Below are positions 19,486-28,345 of a DNA stretch of 64,000 nt, piece after piece. The DNA is taken from the NCBI GenBank assembly GCA_018380095.1, contig JAGZUI010000001.1:172111-236110 (forward strand). The letters are read 5' to 3'. This stretch comes from Atopobium sp. (lineage in GTDB: Bacteria; Actinomycetota; Coriobacteriia; Coriobacteriales; Atopobiaceae). Position 1 is the stretch's first letter; every line of letters begins with the position of its first letter. The notes beneath the pieces were generated by a model. That model did not search any database, was not told where the DNA came from, and worked only from the letters and a program-made list of their open reading frames with translations. Both the position numbers and the translations under genes were made by a program.

Positions 19486-20238
19486 TTACTCAGCAGCTGG
19501 GGTCTCGGACTCAGCGCCCATCTCTTCAGCAGAAATCTGCTCCTTGCCGCTACCTGCAAGAATTGCGTCTGCAGCAAGCTGGCACATAAGAGAAATGGAA
19601 CGAATAGCATCGTCATTTGCTGGAATGCCGTAATCAACAACATCTGGATCAGAGTTGGTGTCAAGCAGGGAGACAACTGGAATGTGAAGACGGTTTGCCT
19701 CGCGGATTGCGTTCTCTTCACGCTTGGAATCAACAACAAAGAGAGCCTGTGGAAGAGAAGTCATATCACGGACGCCACCGAGGTTAAGCTGAAGCTTCAG
19801 AAGCTCCTTGTTCTTAAGAGCCTGCTCCTTCTTAGGAAGAGTTGCCATGCGGCCATCCTCTACCATTGCCTCAAGCTCCTCAAGGCGCTTGATGCGGGAA
19901 CGCATGGTGACAAAGTTGGTGAGCATACCGCCAAGCCAACGCTGGTTGATGTAAGGCATGTTTGCACGAGCTGCCTCAGTAGCGATTGGCTCCTGAGCCT
20001 GCTTCTTGGTGCCGACGAAGAGAACGCGGCCACCCTTAGATGCAATATTCTTCAGGAAAGTGTAAGCAGCATCTGCACCAAGCATGGTCTGCTTAAGGTC
20101 AAGAATGTAAATGCCGTTGCGCTCACCAAAGATGTATGGCTTCATCTTAGGGTTCCAACGACGAGTCTGGTGACCATAGTGGCAACCAGCATCCAGAAGA
20201 GTCTGAATAGTAATCTTTGCAGCCATTTTTACCTCCAT
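19486..20238 (-). CDS. rpsB: 30S ribosomal protein S2
   Basis: 250 aa, S2 family; long structured 5' leader (20239-20497). Confidence 0.95.
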   Translation of the reverse strand: MEVKMAAKITIQTLLDAGCHYGHQTRRWNPKMKPYIFGERNGIYILDLKQTMLGADAAYTFLKNIASKGGRVLFVGTKKQAQEPIATEAARANMPYINQRWLGGMLTNFVTMRSRIKRLEELEAMVEDGRMATLPKKEQALKNKELLKLQLNLGGVRDMTSLPQALFVVDSKREENAIREANRLHIPVVSLLDTNSDPDVVDYGIPANDDAIRSISLMCQLAADAILAGSGKEQISAEEMGAESETPAAE

Positions 20239-20497
20239 TGGTTGTTCCTCCGTACGAGTTCAAGCCTTGTTAAAACCACCCAACACCTGGCTTAGCGTTA
20301 GGCACCACGGCAAACAAGTAGTCGTACGTGCGATTTTGTGCTGTTTGGTAACAGCATGTTGTGCTTCTACACAACTTTTGAAAGTATAGCAGGAAAACAA
20401 GGGTTGCGTCTATAAAGAATTTAGACCATAACCTCTACAAATACTGCGTAAATGCAATAAACTTCTTTGCGCAAGATATTTCGCAACAACGCTCAGC

Positions 20498-21424
20498 TTA
20501 TTTTGATCTTGGATGAGCTGCTTTTGCTGCTTCTTTGAGCCTGTCAACTGACAAATGCGTATACACCTGTGTAGTTGAAAGTGATTCATGACCTAAAAGT
20601 TCTTGCACAACACGAAGATCTGCTCCACCACCAAGAAGTTCTGTGGCGTATGTATGTCTCATAGCGTGTGGCGAGAGTGAGCTATCTAGTCCTGCAGCCG
20701 TTAGATACGACGAAAAAACCTTGCGCAAAGAATCCGCGCTCATAGTATTTCCTCTTACGGAAATAAAAAGAGCCGAATGTGCACGGCCCGCTTTATCTTT
20801 CAACAAAAGCGTAGGCCGAGAAGAACTTAGGTACTTTTTAAGCCACTCGATAGCTGACTCATAGAGAGGAACGATTCGCTCTTTAGAACCTTTACCAAAG
20901 AGACGCACTGTCCCATTTTGCAAATCAACCTGTTCAAGCTTGAGAGACGCCACCTCAGAAATACGAGCTCCTGTTGCATACAAAAACTCAAGAAATGCTC
21001 TATCTCTAAGCCCTACCACGGTTGAAACATCACATGATTCTAAAAGCCTATTTACATCAGAATCAGTCATAGTATGTGGAAGATTTCGTGGCGCTCGAGG
21101 ATTGCTGAGCGCAAGAGCCGGGTCTGTGGCAATCAGTTTTTCTCGCTGCATCCATTTATAAAAACCACGCAACGCAGATAAATGCCTATTTAGTGTTTTT
21201 GCTGAATATTGAGCCTGTTTGAGATAGGCCAAATAGAGACGAAGGCTTCTGTGATCAACCCGAGTTACCGCAACACCTTCCCTACTACACCACTGCTCAA
21301 ATGCCAAAAGATCAGTCTGATATGACCTTAGGGTATTCTCGGAGAGATTCCTGACCTTACTTAGATACTCAATAAATTGTTCAACGTGACTACCCTGCTC
21401 TTTTGAAATAGCCACGTTAATCAC
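20498..21424 (-). CDS. xerC: tyrosine recombinase XerC (CodV-like)
   Basis: 308 aa with R..HxxR..Y catalytic signature (HAMRHTYATELL, Y in VYTHLS); trmFO-xerC synteny as gid-codV in Bacillus. Confidence 0.85.
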   Translation of the reverse strand: MINVAISKEQGSHVEQFIEYLSKVRNLSENTLRSYQTDLLAFEQWCSREGVAVTRVDHRSLRLYLAYLKQAQYSAKTLNRHLSALRGFYKWMQREKLIATDPALALSNPRAPRNLPHTMTDSDVNRLLESCDVSTVVGLRDRAFLEFLYATGARISEVASLKLEQVDLQNGTVRLFGKGSKERIVPLYESAIEWLKKYLSSSRPTLLLKDKAGRAHSALFISVRGNTMSADSLRKVFSSYLTAAGLDSSLSPHAMRHTYATELLGGGADLRVVQELLGHESLSTTQVYTHLSVDRLKEAAKAAHPRSK

Positions 21425-22751
21425 ACTTCATGCAATCAAAAAGTTCCTGACGAGAAGAGATGTAGTCATCAAAGTCTTTATGAGCGCGCTCTGCCATCTT
21501 CTGACGTCGCTCGTCTTTTCTTTTTACATGCTCATCCAGTGGCTCAAAAATTCCAAAGTTAACATGCATGGGTTGGTAATCTTTGGTGTGTGGGTTTGTC
21601 GCATAACCCACAAGAGAGCCAAACGAAGTGGTCAAAGGAAGCCTGACTTCCTCTTTGCCCAACAGACGAGCATACATGTTTAGTGCAGCAAGTAATCCAG
21701 ATGCTATAGCCTCAACATAGCCTTCTGTACCCGTAATTTGACCTGCAAGAATAGTAGAAGTTCCCGGAATTCCAAATGAGCCGTCAAGCGCATGAGGAGA
21801 GTCAACAAAAGAGTTTCTGTGCATGACGCCGTAGCGAACAAACTCAGCGTTTTCCAACCCTGGGATGAGGGTAAATACGCGTTTTTGCTCTCCCCAGGTA
21901 AGATTTGTCTGAAAACCAACCAGATTAAATGCTGTCTTAGCTGCATTTTCTGCACGAAGCTGAACTGCTGCCCAGGGGCGTTTACCCGTTCTGGGGTCAA
22001 TAAGTCCTACTGGCTTCAAAGCGCCAAATCTAATGGAATCATGTCCTGTTCTTGCTACTTCCTCAATAGGCTGGCAAGCTTGGAATAAATCAGACTGCTC
22101 AAAATCGTGGCCAATAACACGTTTAGCTGCAAGTAACTCATCAACAAATGTGTCGTATTCCTCTTTATTCATGGGGCAATTGAGGTAATCGCCAATTCCC
22201 AAGTCCTCATAACGAGATTGAGAGAAGGCAATTGAATGGTCAATTGATTCATAAGACACAATAGGCGCTGCTGCATCAAAAAACGACATTCTGTTAGTTC
22301 CAACACGCTTAGAAATTGCTTCGTACAAGCTATCTGAGCACAGTGGTCCTGCAGCAATAACTGTTGGCTCTTCAGATAACTCTGTGACCTCTGCATGAGT
22401 TACCGAGATGTTTGGATGATTTCTGATCTGCTCAGTAACAGCCTTTGAAAACTCTTCTCTATTGACCGCAAGAGCGCCGCCTGCGGGAACAGAGTTTTCT
22501 TCTGCAATACGAAGCAGAAAACTACCCATCTTTTTAAGCTCAGACTTTAAAATTCCAGCTGCAGAATCTTCCTTAGTGGACTTCAGAGAGTTGGAACAGA
22601 CCAGCTCAGCAAACATATCTGTGTGGTGTGCTGGAGAAGAAACAACAGGGCGCTGCTCAATGAGCTCTACAGAAACACCACGTGAAGCAAGCTGTAAAGC
22701 ACATTCGCTTCCAGCTAAACCAGCGCCAACTACAGTAACTTTTTGTGTCAT
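21417..22751 (-). CDS. trmFO: methylenetetrahydrofolate--tRNA-(uracil54-C5)-methyltransferase TrmFO
   Basis: 444 aa, N-terminal FAD fold VTVVGAGLAGSE, Gid family. Confidence 0.9.
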   Translation of the reverse strand: MTQKVTVVGAGLAGSECALQLASRGVSVELIEQRPVVSSPAHHTDMFAELVCSNSLKSTKEDSAAGILKSELKKMGSFLLRIAEENSVPAGGALAVNREEFSKAVTEQIRNHPNISVTHAEVTELSEEPTVIAAGPLCSDSLYEAISKRVGTNRMSFFDAAAPIVSYESIDHSIAFSQSRYEDLGIGDYLNCPMNKEEYDTFVDELLAAKRVIGHDFEQSDLFQACQPIEEVARTGHDSIRFGALKPVGLIDPRTGKRPWAAVQLRAENAAKTAFNLVGFQTNLTWGEQKRVFTLIPGLENAEFVRYGVMHRNSFVDSPHALDGSFGIPGTSTILAGQITGTEGYVEAIASGLLAALNMYARLLGKEEVRLPLTTSFGSLVGYATNPHTKDYQPMHVNFGIFEPLDEHVKRKDERRQKMAERAHKDFDDYISSRQELFDCMKCD

Positions 22752-22768
22752 TGTTCACCTATCACACA

Positions 22769-23644
22769 CTACGATTCCAAATAAAACTCTTTAGAAGGAG
22801 TATACCTTCCATCCGGTAATCTTTTTACCATTCCACGAGCTTCATAATCAGTAAGAGAATTTAACACGGTAAGTACGTTTTCTGATAGCCTCCATGCAAG
22901 TTCTTCGGGTCTTGAAGGAGAAGCAATAAGTGCAGATAAAAGTGGTGTTAGCTTCTTATCTTGCTTCAATTGTTCCTGAACTAGGCAATCAAAATCTAAT
23001 GAAATTGCAATGCCCAACGATGTCTCATCAGGAATAATTTGAGCACCTTCAGAGATGAGTCTATTCGTACCAGCAGAAGCAGGAGAAAAGATAGACCCTG
23101 GTATTGCATAAATAGTTTTACCAAGAGAGTTGGCAAACTCAGCAGTACTCATGGTGCCCGAACAAAGTCCTGCTTCCGTCACCAGAAGCACTTTTCCTAA
23201 TGCTGCAATTACTGCATTTCTCCTGGGAAATGCATAGCGCCTAGGCGGTGTTCCCCACCTATCTAAAGATATAACCGCTCCCCTTCCTTCTCGCGCTGCT
23301 TCAAAAAGCTCTGCAGAGGTAGTTGGGTAGGTCACGTCTGCACCACAGCCTGCCACTACAACAGTCTTTCCACCAGCATTAAGAGAAGCCATACCCGCCA
23401 TATAATCGCAGCCAAGAGCTCCGCCTGATACCAGCACAATATTGTTATCAGCGGCGCATCTGCCAGCCATTTCTGCAATTGCCATGCCATATGGGGTGGC
23501 CCTACGAGCCCCAATTACAGACATACAAGGTTGTTGCAAAACGCTTCTATCCCCCATTCCATAGATAATTTCAGGCGGATGGTTAAGCAGTAGCAATTCT
23601 TTTGGATAGTCCTCATCTTCTGATGAAATCTCCCATCTCTCCAC
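22769..23644 (-). CDS. dprA: DNA processing protein A (Smf)
   Basis: 291 aa, Rossmann-like DprA core (SGGALGCD..., VVAGCG). Confidence 0.85.
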   Translation of the reverse strand: MERWEISSEDEDYPKELLLLNHPPEIIYGMGDRSVLQQPCMSVIGARRATPYGMAIAEMAGRCAADNNIVLVSGGALGCDYMAGMASLNAGGKTVVVAGCGADVTYPTTSAELFEAAREGRGAVISLDRWGTPPRRYAFPRRNAVIAALGKVLLVTEAGLCSGTMSTAEFANSLGKTIYAIPGSIFSPASAGTNRLISEGAQIIPDETSLGIAISLDFDCLVQEQLKQDKKLTPLLSALIASPSRPEELAWRLSENVLTVLNSLTDYEARGMVKRLPDGRYTPSKEFYLES

Positions 23645-23646
23645 TG

Positions 23647-25143
23647 CTACTCCAAAGAACGAGACCTATAGGCAACCGCCTCAGATACGTCGTCTTTTGT
23701 CACTTTTTCATGATGAGCAATATCTGCGATAGTCCTTGCAACCCTGCAGGTACGCGTTATTGCTCTACCTCCTAAACGAAGTCCACGAGCAAATCTATGT
23801 AGCAGCTGCAATGCCGATTCATCAAAGCTCTCCACGTACTTTTGGCGAGAAGTGCCATCTACTCCACGGGTTTCTCGCCAAGAAGCAAAGTCTCTGCCAG
23901 AGACAACAAGTGAGCGCATACCTGCTGAAGTGAGTCCTAGCTCACCTTGAATTACTCGATCAGAAGAAGGTCGAGCTACATCACACACAATATCTATTCG
24001 ATCCATTAAAGGACCTCCAATTTTTGATTGATACGTAGAAATCTTTCCTGGAGAGCACTTACAGGTGTGAGTTTTATCTCCAAAGTATCCGCAGGGACAG
24101 GGATTAGCTGCAGCAATGAGCTGAAACTGAGAAGGAAACTTATAGATGCCATCCACTCGCGCAAGACGTACATATCCATCTTCGATTGGCTGACGTAAAA
24201 CCTGCAGCGTATTAGAAGCAAACTCGGGCAGCTCATCTAAAAAGAGCACGCCTTTATGGGCAAGAGAAATTTCGCCTGGGATGACAGGTCTGCCACCTCC
24301 AATCATGCCTGCTACAGAAGCTGAGTGATGAGGAGACCTAAAGGGCCGTACACCTGCTTGAATAGAATCTGTTTCACACCCCGCCACAGAATGTATGAGC
24401 AATACCTCATCGCGCTCTTCTTTAGAGAGTTCTGGGAGGATAGTTGGAATTCTTTTTGCAAGCATAGTTTTACCTGCACCTGGCGGGCCAATCATAAGCA
24501 TCCCCAGGTTTCCTGTAGCTGCGATTACGATAGCTCGCTTGACTAATTCCTGGTCAATCACCTCTTCAAAGTCTAAATTCTCGCTGAGCATTGCTGTTTC
24601 AACAGCATGCTTGCACTGAACCAATGGCTTACAGAATGATTGGTCTCTTAAACTCAAGTTGAGCAATGATTGAATTCCTATGACGTGACTCCAGTCAGAA
24701 CCAAACAAATTGCAATCTGAAGAGGAGATCAGTTTCATTCCCAGTTTCTTAGCAAGCATTGCATACGCTGCCATACCTCTCACTGAAGAGATCTTGCCGT
24801 TTAATGAGAGTTCTCCCACAAACAGCCTGTTATGCACAATCTCTTGAGGAATCTGTCCAGTAGCTGCAAGAATAGCAACGGCTATAGGCAAATCAAATCC
24901 AGTACCTGTCTTTTTTATATCCGCAGGCGTCAAATTGATTGTTACCAGCAATCGAGGGATGGTAAAACCAGCAGCTTTTAGTGAGCAGCGCACACGAGAA
25001 CGAGATTCCATAATGGATCCGTCGGGCATACCTACGATGGTTATTCCAGGAATGCCGCCTGAAATACCCACTTCCACATCAACAGGTATTGCCTCAATTC
25101 CTCTAAGAGTTGCGGTATGAACGCAGATGGTTGCTTGACTCAT
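23647..25143 (-). CDS. comM: YifB/ComM family Mg-chelatase-like AAA+ ATPase
   Basis: 498 aa, Walker A GPPGAGKT, C-terminal ChlI-like domain. Confidence 0.85.
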   Translation of the reverse strand: MSQATICVHTATLRGIEAIPVDVEVGISGGIPGITIVGMPDGSIMESRSRVRCSLKAAGFTIPRLLVTINLTPADIKKTGTGFDLPIAVAILAATGQIPQEIVHNRLFVGELSLNGKISSVRGMAAYAMLAKKLGMKLISSSDCNLFGSDWSHVIGIQSLLNLSLRDQSFCKPLVQCKHAVETAMLSENLDFEEVIDQELVKRAIVIAATGNLGMLMIGPPGAGKTMLAKRIPTILPELSKEERDEVLLIHSVAGCETDSIQAGVRPFRSPHHSASVAGMIGGGRPVIPGEISLAHKGVLFLDELPEFASNTLQVLRQPIEDGYVRLARVDGIYKFPSQFQLIAAANPCPCGYFGDKTHTCKCSPGKISTYQSKIGGPLMDRIDIVCDVARPSSDRVIQGELGLTSAGMRSLVVSGRDFASWRETRGVDGTSRQKYVESFDESALQLLHRFARGLRLGGRAITRTCRVARTIADIAHHEKVTKDDVSEAVAYRSRSLE

Positions 25144-25658
25144 TGCTCGTCCCAGCTAAATGCTCCAATTAAATGCCTTAGGCTTGCTGTGCTTGGAGCT
25201 ACCAGATTAATAGCAACAACATCAAATCTAATAGAGGTAAGTGCCGGATGAAGCGCTGCATACATAAGCGCAAGCGTTCTGTATTTTTCCTGCTTTGCCC
25301 TATTTACAGCCAACTCAGGCATGATACTATCGTCTTTGTTCAAAATACGTCTTGTCTTTACCTCAACAAGCACAACGTTATCGCCATCTTGAGCAACAAT
25401 ATCAACCTCACCAATCTGACACGTCCAGTTAGTTTGGATAATTTTGTAGCCTCTTTTGATGAGGTATTTTGCAGCGATCTCCTCGCCTTTCTCACCAATT
25501 TGGCGAGAAGACATCTCTTCTAGCGGAATTCTTCCCTCCTGTGCGTCATCCTCTTCAGAAACCTTGTCCTGATCTTTTGGCTCCTCCTGTAGTGAGGGTT
25601 TCTCCTCTACCTCATTAGGTAAAGAACCTGAATACTTGCTTGCGTCTTTCTTGCTCAT
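25140..25658 (-). CDS. yraN: YraN (UPF0102) family endonuclease; start moved to ATG at 25658, which has an AAGGAGAG RBS
   Basis: Core GEKGEEIAAKYL...GEVDIV...VLVEVKTR; GTG-start ORF extends to 25700 but lacks an RBS. Confidence 0.7.
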   Translation of the reverse strand: MSKKDASKYSGSLPNEVEEKPSLQEEPKDQDKVSEEDDAQEGRIPLEEMSSRQIGEKGEEIAAKYLIKRGYKIIQTNWTCQIGEVDIVAQDGDNVVLVEVKTRRILNKDDSIMPELAVNRAKQEKYRTLALMYAALHPALTSIRFDVVAINLVAPSTASLRHLIGAFSWDEQ

Positions 25659-25785
25659 AACTCTCCTTTCATTGTGGGAGAGTTCAGTTTGCAGGAGCAC
25701 TTTGACACTAACTTGACTGCTGTCTGTCTAAACAGCGTAATGATTCTGACGAAAGTAAAAAATTTGATATTACGGACTTGCGGCT

Positions 25786-25823
25786 AAAGAAAAAGCCCGT
25801 TCAATCCTCTTAGAATGAACGGG
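25786..25823 (-). terminator. intrinsic terminator downstream of rnhB
   Basis: GCCCGTTCA ... TGAACGGG stem then CTTTTTCTTT on minus strand. Confidence 0.75.
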
Positions 25824-25870
25824 TCCCTGTTTGCGTCTGAAAGTTAATCTGATAGCTTAAATTGGATGTA

Positions 25871-26644
25871 TTAAAACAGTCTTTGCGTCTTAACAAAGTT
25901 TCCACAAAACGACGCACGATGTATAGGAGAAAGTCCCATCTCACCAATAGCTTCAATGTGTTCAGCAGAGGCATATCCTTTACATTCTGCCAGGTGATAG
26001 CCGGGGTACTCCTCGTCGTAGGCCACCATAAGAGCGTCTCTTGTAACCTTTGCCACAATTGAGGCAGCAGCAATAGACGCAATGCGCGCATCACCTTTAA
26101 CAAGAGTCTTTTCTTTAGGGTGGATGTGCATGGGATTTCCATCAATCAAGACGCAGTCAGGCTCAATACCTGTGTTTTTGACAGCCTGAAGCATAGCGTC
26201 TCTTAAACACTGTGCCATGCCAACTTCATCAATTCTTTGAGGAGCAATATGAGCAATGCCAATTGCTGTAGCAACTTCTTGAATTTGTGCCGCTAGAATC
26301 TCTCGCTTTGTTGCGGTTAATTTTTTTGAATCGTTTAGTCCATAGATGATAGGGTCTTCTGGCAAACATACCGCACAAACCGTTAAAGGGCCAGCTACTG
26401 AACCTCTGCCCACTTCATCAACACCAACAACAAGTCCGCCCCCAGAAAGCTCCTTCTGAAAGCGATACATTTCTTCTACACGGGTCTTCTCGGCATGTTC
26501 TTTTTCAATGCGCTTTTTAGCTGATTCTAGAGCCTTGATAACCTGTTTACGGGGGTCCTCGCTATAACGAGCTATGAGTTCGTATACCTCAGTCTCTGGG
26601 GCATCACTTAAACGAGCAAGCATATCTTTAGCAGAATCAGCCAT
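25871..26644 (-). CDS. rnhB: ribonuclease HII (with ~60 aa N-terminal extension; true start uncertain)
   Basis: VGVDEVGRGSVAGPL catalytic motif; 257 aa. Confidence 0.85.
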   Translation of the reverse strand: MADSAKDMLARLSDAPETEVYELIARYSEDPRKQVIKALESAKKRIEKEHAEKTRVEEMYRFQKELSGGGLVVGVDEVGRGSVAGPLTVCAVCLPEDPIIYGLNDSKKLTATKREILAAQIQEVATAIGIAHIAPQRIDEVGMAQCLRDAMLQAVKNTGIEPDCVLIDGNPMHIHPKEKTLVKGDARIASIAAASIVAKVTRDALMVAYDEEYPGYHLAECKGYASAEHIEAIGEMGLSPIHRASFCGNFVKTQRLF

Positions 26645-26674
26645 GTTTTCTCCAAACTACACGACTATGGTACT

Positions 26675-26697
26675 AAAAAGCCGCCCGGAGGCGGCTT
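26675..26697 (-). terminator. intrinsic terminator downstream of rplS
   Basis: GCCGCC tccg GGCGGC then T5 on minus strand. Confidence 0.75.
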
Positions 26698-26717
26698 TAA
26701 AGAGCATATGAAGTTGA

Positions 26718-27059
26718 TTAGCGCTTCTCGCGAAGACGAGCAGCCTTACCAACACGATCGCGCAGGAAGTAGAGCTTAGCGCGGTGAACAACACCGTGGC
26801 GAAGAACCTCAAGCTTAGCAATCTTTGGTGAGTGAAGTGGGAAAGTACGCTCAACACCAATGCCAAAGCTGATCTTACGAACGGTAAAAGTCTCACGGGA
26901 ACCCTCGCCGGAAAGACGAATGATGTCACCCTGGAAGACCTGCTCACGAGTACGGTCACCCTCGACGATGCGATAGTGAACCTTTACGTTGTCACCAACG
27001 CGGACCTCAGGAATGTCCTCGCGGATCTGCTGACGCTCAATAGCGCGAATGTAGTCCAT
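26718..27059 (-). CDS. rplS: 50S ribosomal protein L19
   Basis: 113 aa, L19 family. Confidence 0.95.
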   Translation of the reverse strand: MDYIRAIERQQIREDIPEVRVGDNVKVHYRIVEGDRTREQVFQGDIIRLSGEGSRETFTVRKISFGIGVERTFPLHSPKIAKLEVLRHGVVHRAKLYFLRDRVGKAARLREKR

Positions 27060-27120
27060 TGTTTCCTCATCTCTAGAGGTGCCGACGCCCTTGCGAACGA
27101 CACATAGTTAACACACAGAC

Positions 27121-27144
27121 GGAAAGTATACGTGAATACTTTCC
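27121..27144. promoter_or_regulatory. perfect 9-bp stem hairpin GGAAAGTAT acgtga ATACTTTCC, between the dGTPase-like gene stop and the rplS start
   Basis: Seen directly; no clean U-tract on either strand, so it is either a weak terminator or an rplS leader element. Confidence 0.4.
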
Positions 27145-27172
27145 ACTGTACAAGGGTTAGTTTGGATAAAAC

Positions 27173-28252
27173 TTACTTTACATATCTTCTTTTACCCCAG
27201 GAACGAGGCAAGCGAAGGTCTTCAAACACTCTGGTTGCATATCTATCGGTCATACCAGACACGTAATCCGCTACTTGAATCTCTGGATGATCAAAGTCAT
27301 GACACTTGTATTCTGCAGGAACCTCATCTAAATGGTTAACAAAGTAATCAAACAGCTCGATGATGAGGTCATATGCCTTAGGCTCTTCGTATTTTGCGTC
27401 CCCAGATGCATATAGATTAGCAAACAGGAATGCTCTCATGGTCATCATAGCACCCCACATGGAGTCAGTCATTTTAATATCGCCTACGCGAGAACTCTCC
27501 GAGACAATATCGTGAACCATGTTTTCAATGCGCTCAGGTGAGCTATTTCCAAGAACCTCTCGAGCTTCAGTTGGAAGATACTCCTCCGAAAGAAGTCCTG
27601 CTCGTTTTGCGTCATCAATATCGTGTGTTACATAGGCAATACGGTCCGATATGGCAACAATTCTTCCTTCTGCTGTTTCTGCGCGTAGATTGCCTGAGTG
27701 ACATCTAATACCATCGATGACCTCATGAGAAAGATTAAGACCCTGTCCGTCTTTCTCCAGATACTCAACAATACGAGCACTTTGCTGGTTATGGGCAAAA
27801 ATACGCTCATTTTCTGAGGCTTCAGGATCCATTCCCCTATACAGACTAATAGCGTGCGAAAGCGCTTTCTCGCCAATATGACCAAACGGCGTATGACCTA
27901 AGTCATGTCCAAGCGCAATTGCCTCAGTCAGGTCTTCGTTTAAGCCAAGAGGACGCGCAATTGAACGAGCAATCTGCGAAACCTCAAGCGTATGAATAAG
28001 ACGAGTCCTATAGTGGTCCCCTTCTGGGGCGAGAAAAACCTGTGTCTTGTGAGCAAGTCTTCTGAAACTCTTACTATGCAAAATACGGTCTCTATCACAC
28101 TGATAACAAGTACGGTACTGGTCAGGTTCCTCTGCGATCGCACGACCTTTACTTTGATCAGAAAAAGCCGCTTCAGGAGATAAGATTTGATGCTCGCGAG
28201 CTTCAAGATCTTCTCGTCTAATGGATAACATAGAACCTCCTTGTACCTGCAT
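27173..28252 (-). CDS. dGTP triphosphohydrolase-like HD-domain phosphohydrolase
   Basis: 359 aa, HD motif LGHDLGHTPFGH, Dgt-like family. Confidence 0.8.
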   Translation of the reverse strand: MQVQGGSMLSIRREDLEAREHQILSPEAAFSDQSKGRAIAEEPDQYRTCYQCDRDRILHSKSFRRLAHKTQVFLAPEGDHYRTRLIHTLEVSQIARSIARPLGLNEDLTEAIALGHDLGHTPFGHIGEKALSHAISLYRGMDPEASENERIFAHNQQSARIVEYLEKDGQGLNLSHEVIDGIRCHSGNLRAETAEGRIVAISDRIAYVTHDIDDAKRAGLLSEEYLPTEAREVLGNSSPERIENMVHDIVSESSRVGDIKMTDSMWGAMMTMRAFLFANLYASGDAKYEEPKAYDLIIELFDYFVNHLDEVPAEYKCHDFDHPEIQVADYVSGMTDRYATRVFEDLRLPRSWGKRRYVK

Positions 28253-28286
28253 CTTTACCTCATAATAGCAGGATATTACTATCTAG

Positions 28287-28312
28287 CAAAAGAGGGCGAC
28301 CGAAGCCGCCCT
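28287..28312 (-). terminator. intrinsic terminator downstream of ppdK
   Basis: GAGGGCG gcttcgg CGCCCTC then TTTTGC on minus strand. Confidence 0.75.
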
Positions 28313-28345
28313 CTAGAGTTTGTTGCAGTGTGTCTAGAAGAAAAC

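Noticed and set aside
20498-21424. Tyrosine recombinase as a sign of an integrated mobile element
   Set aside because: It sits in the conserved trmFO-xerC chromosomal arrangement with no flanking repeats, tRNA target or phage genes. It is called as the chromosome-dimer resolvase XerC.
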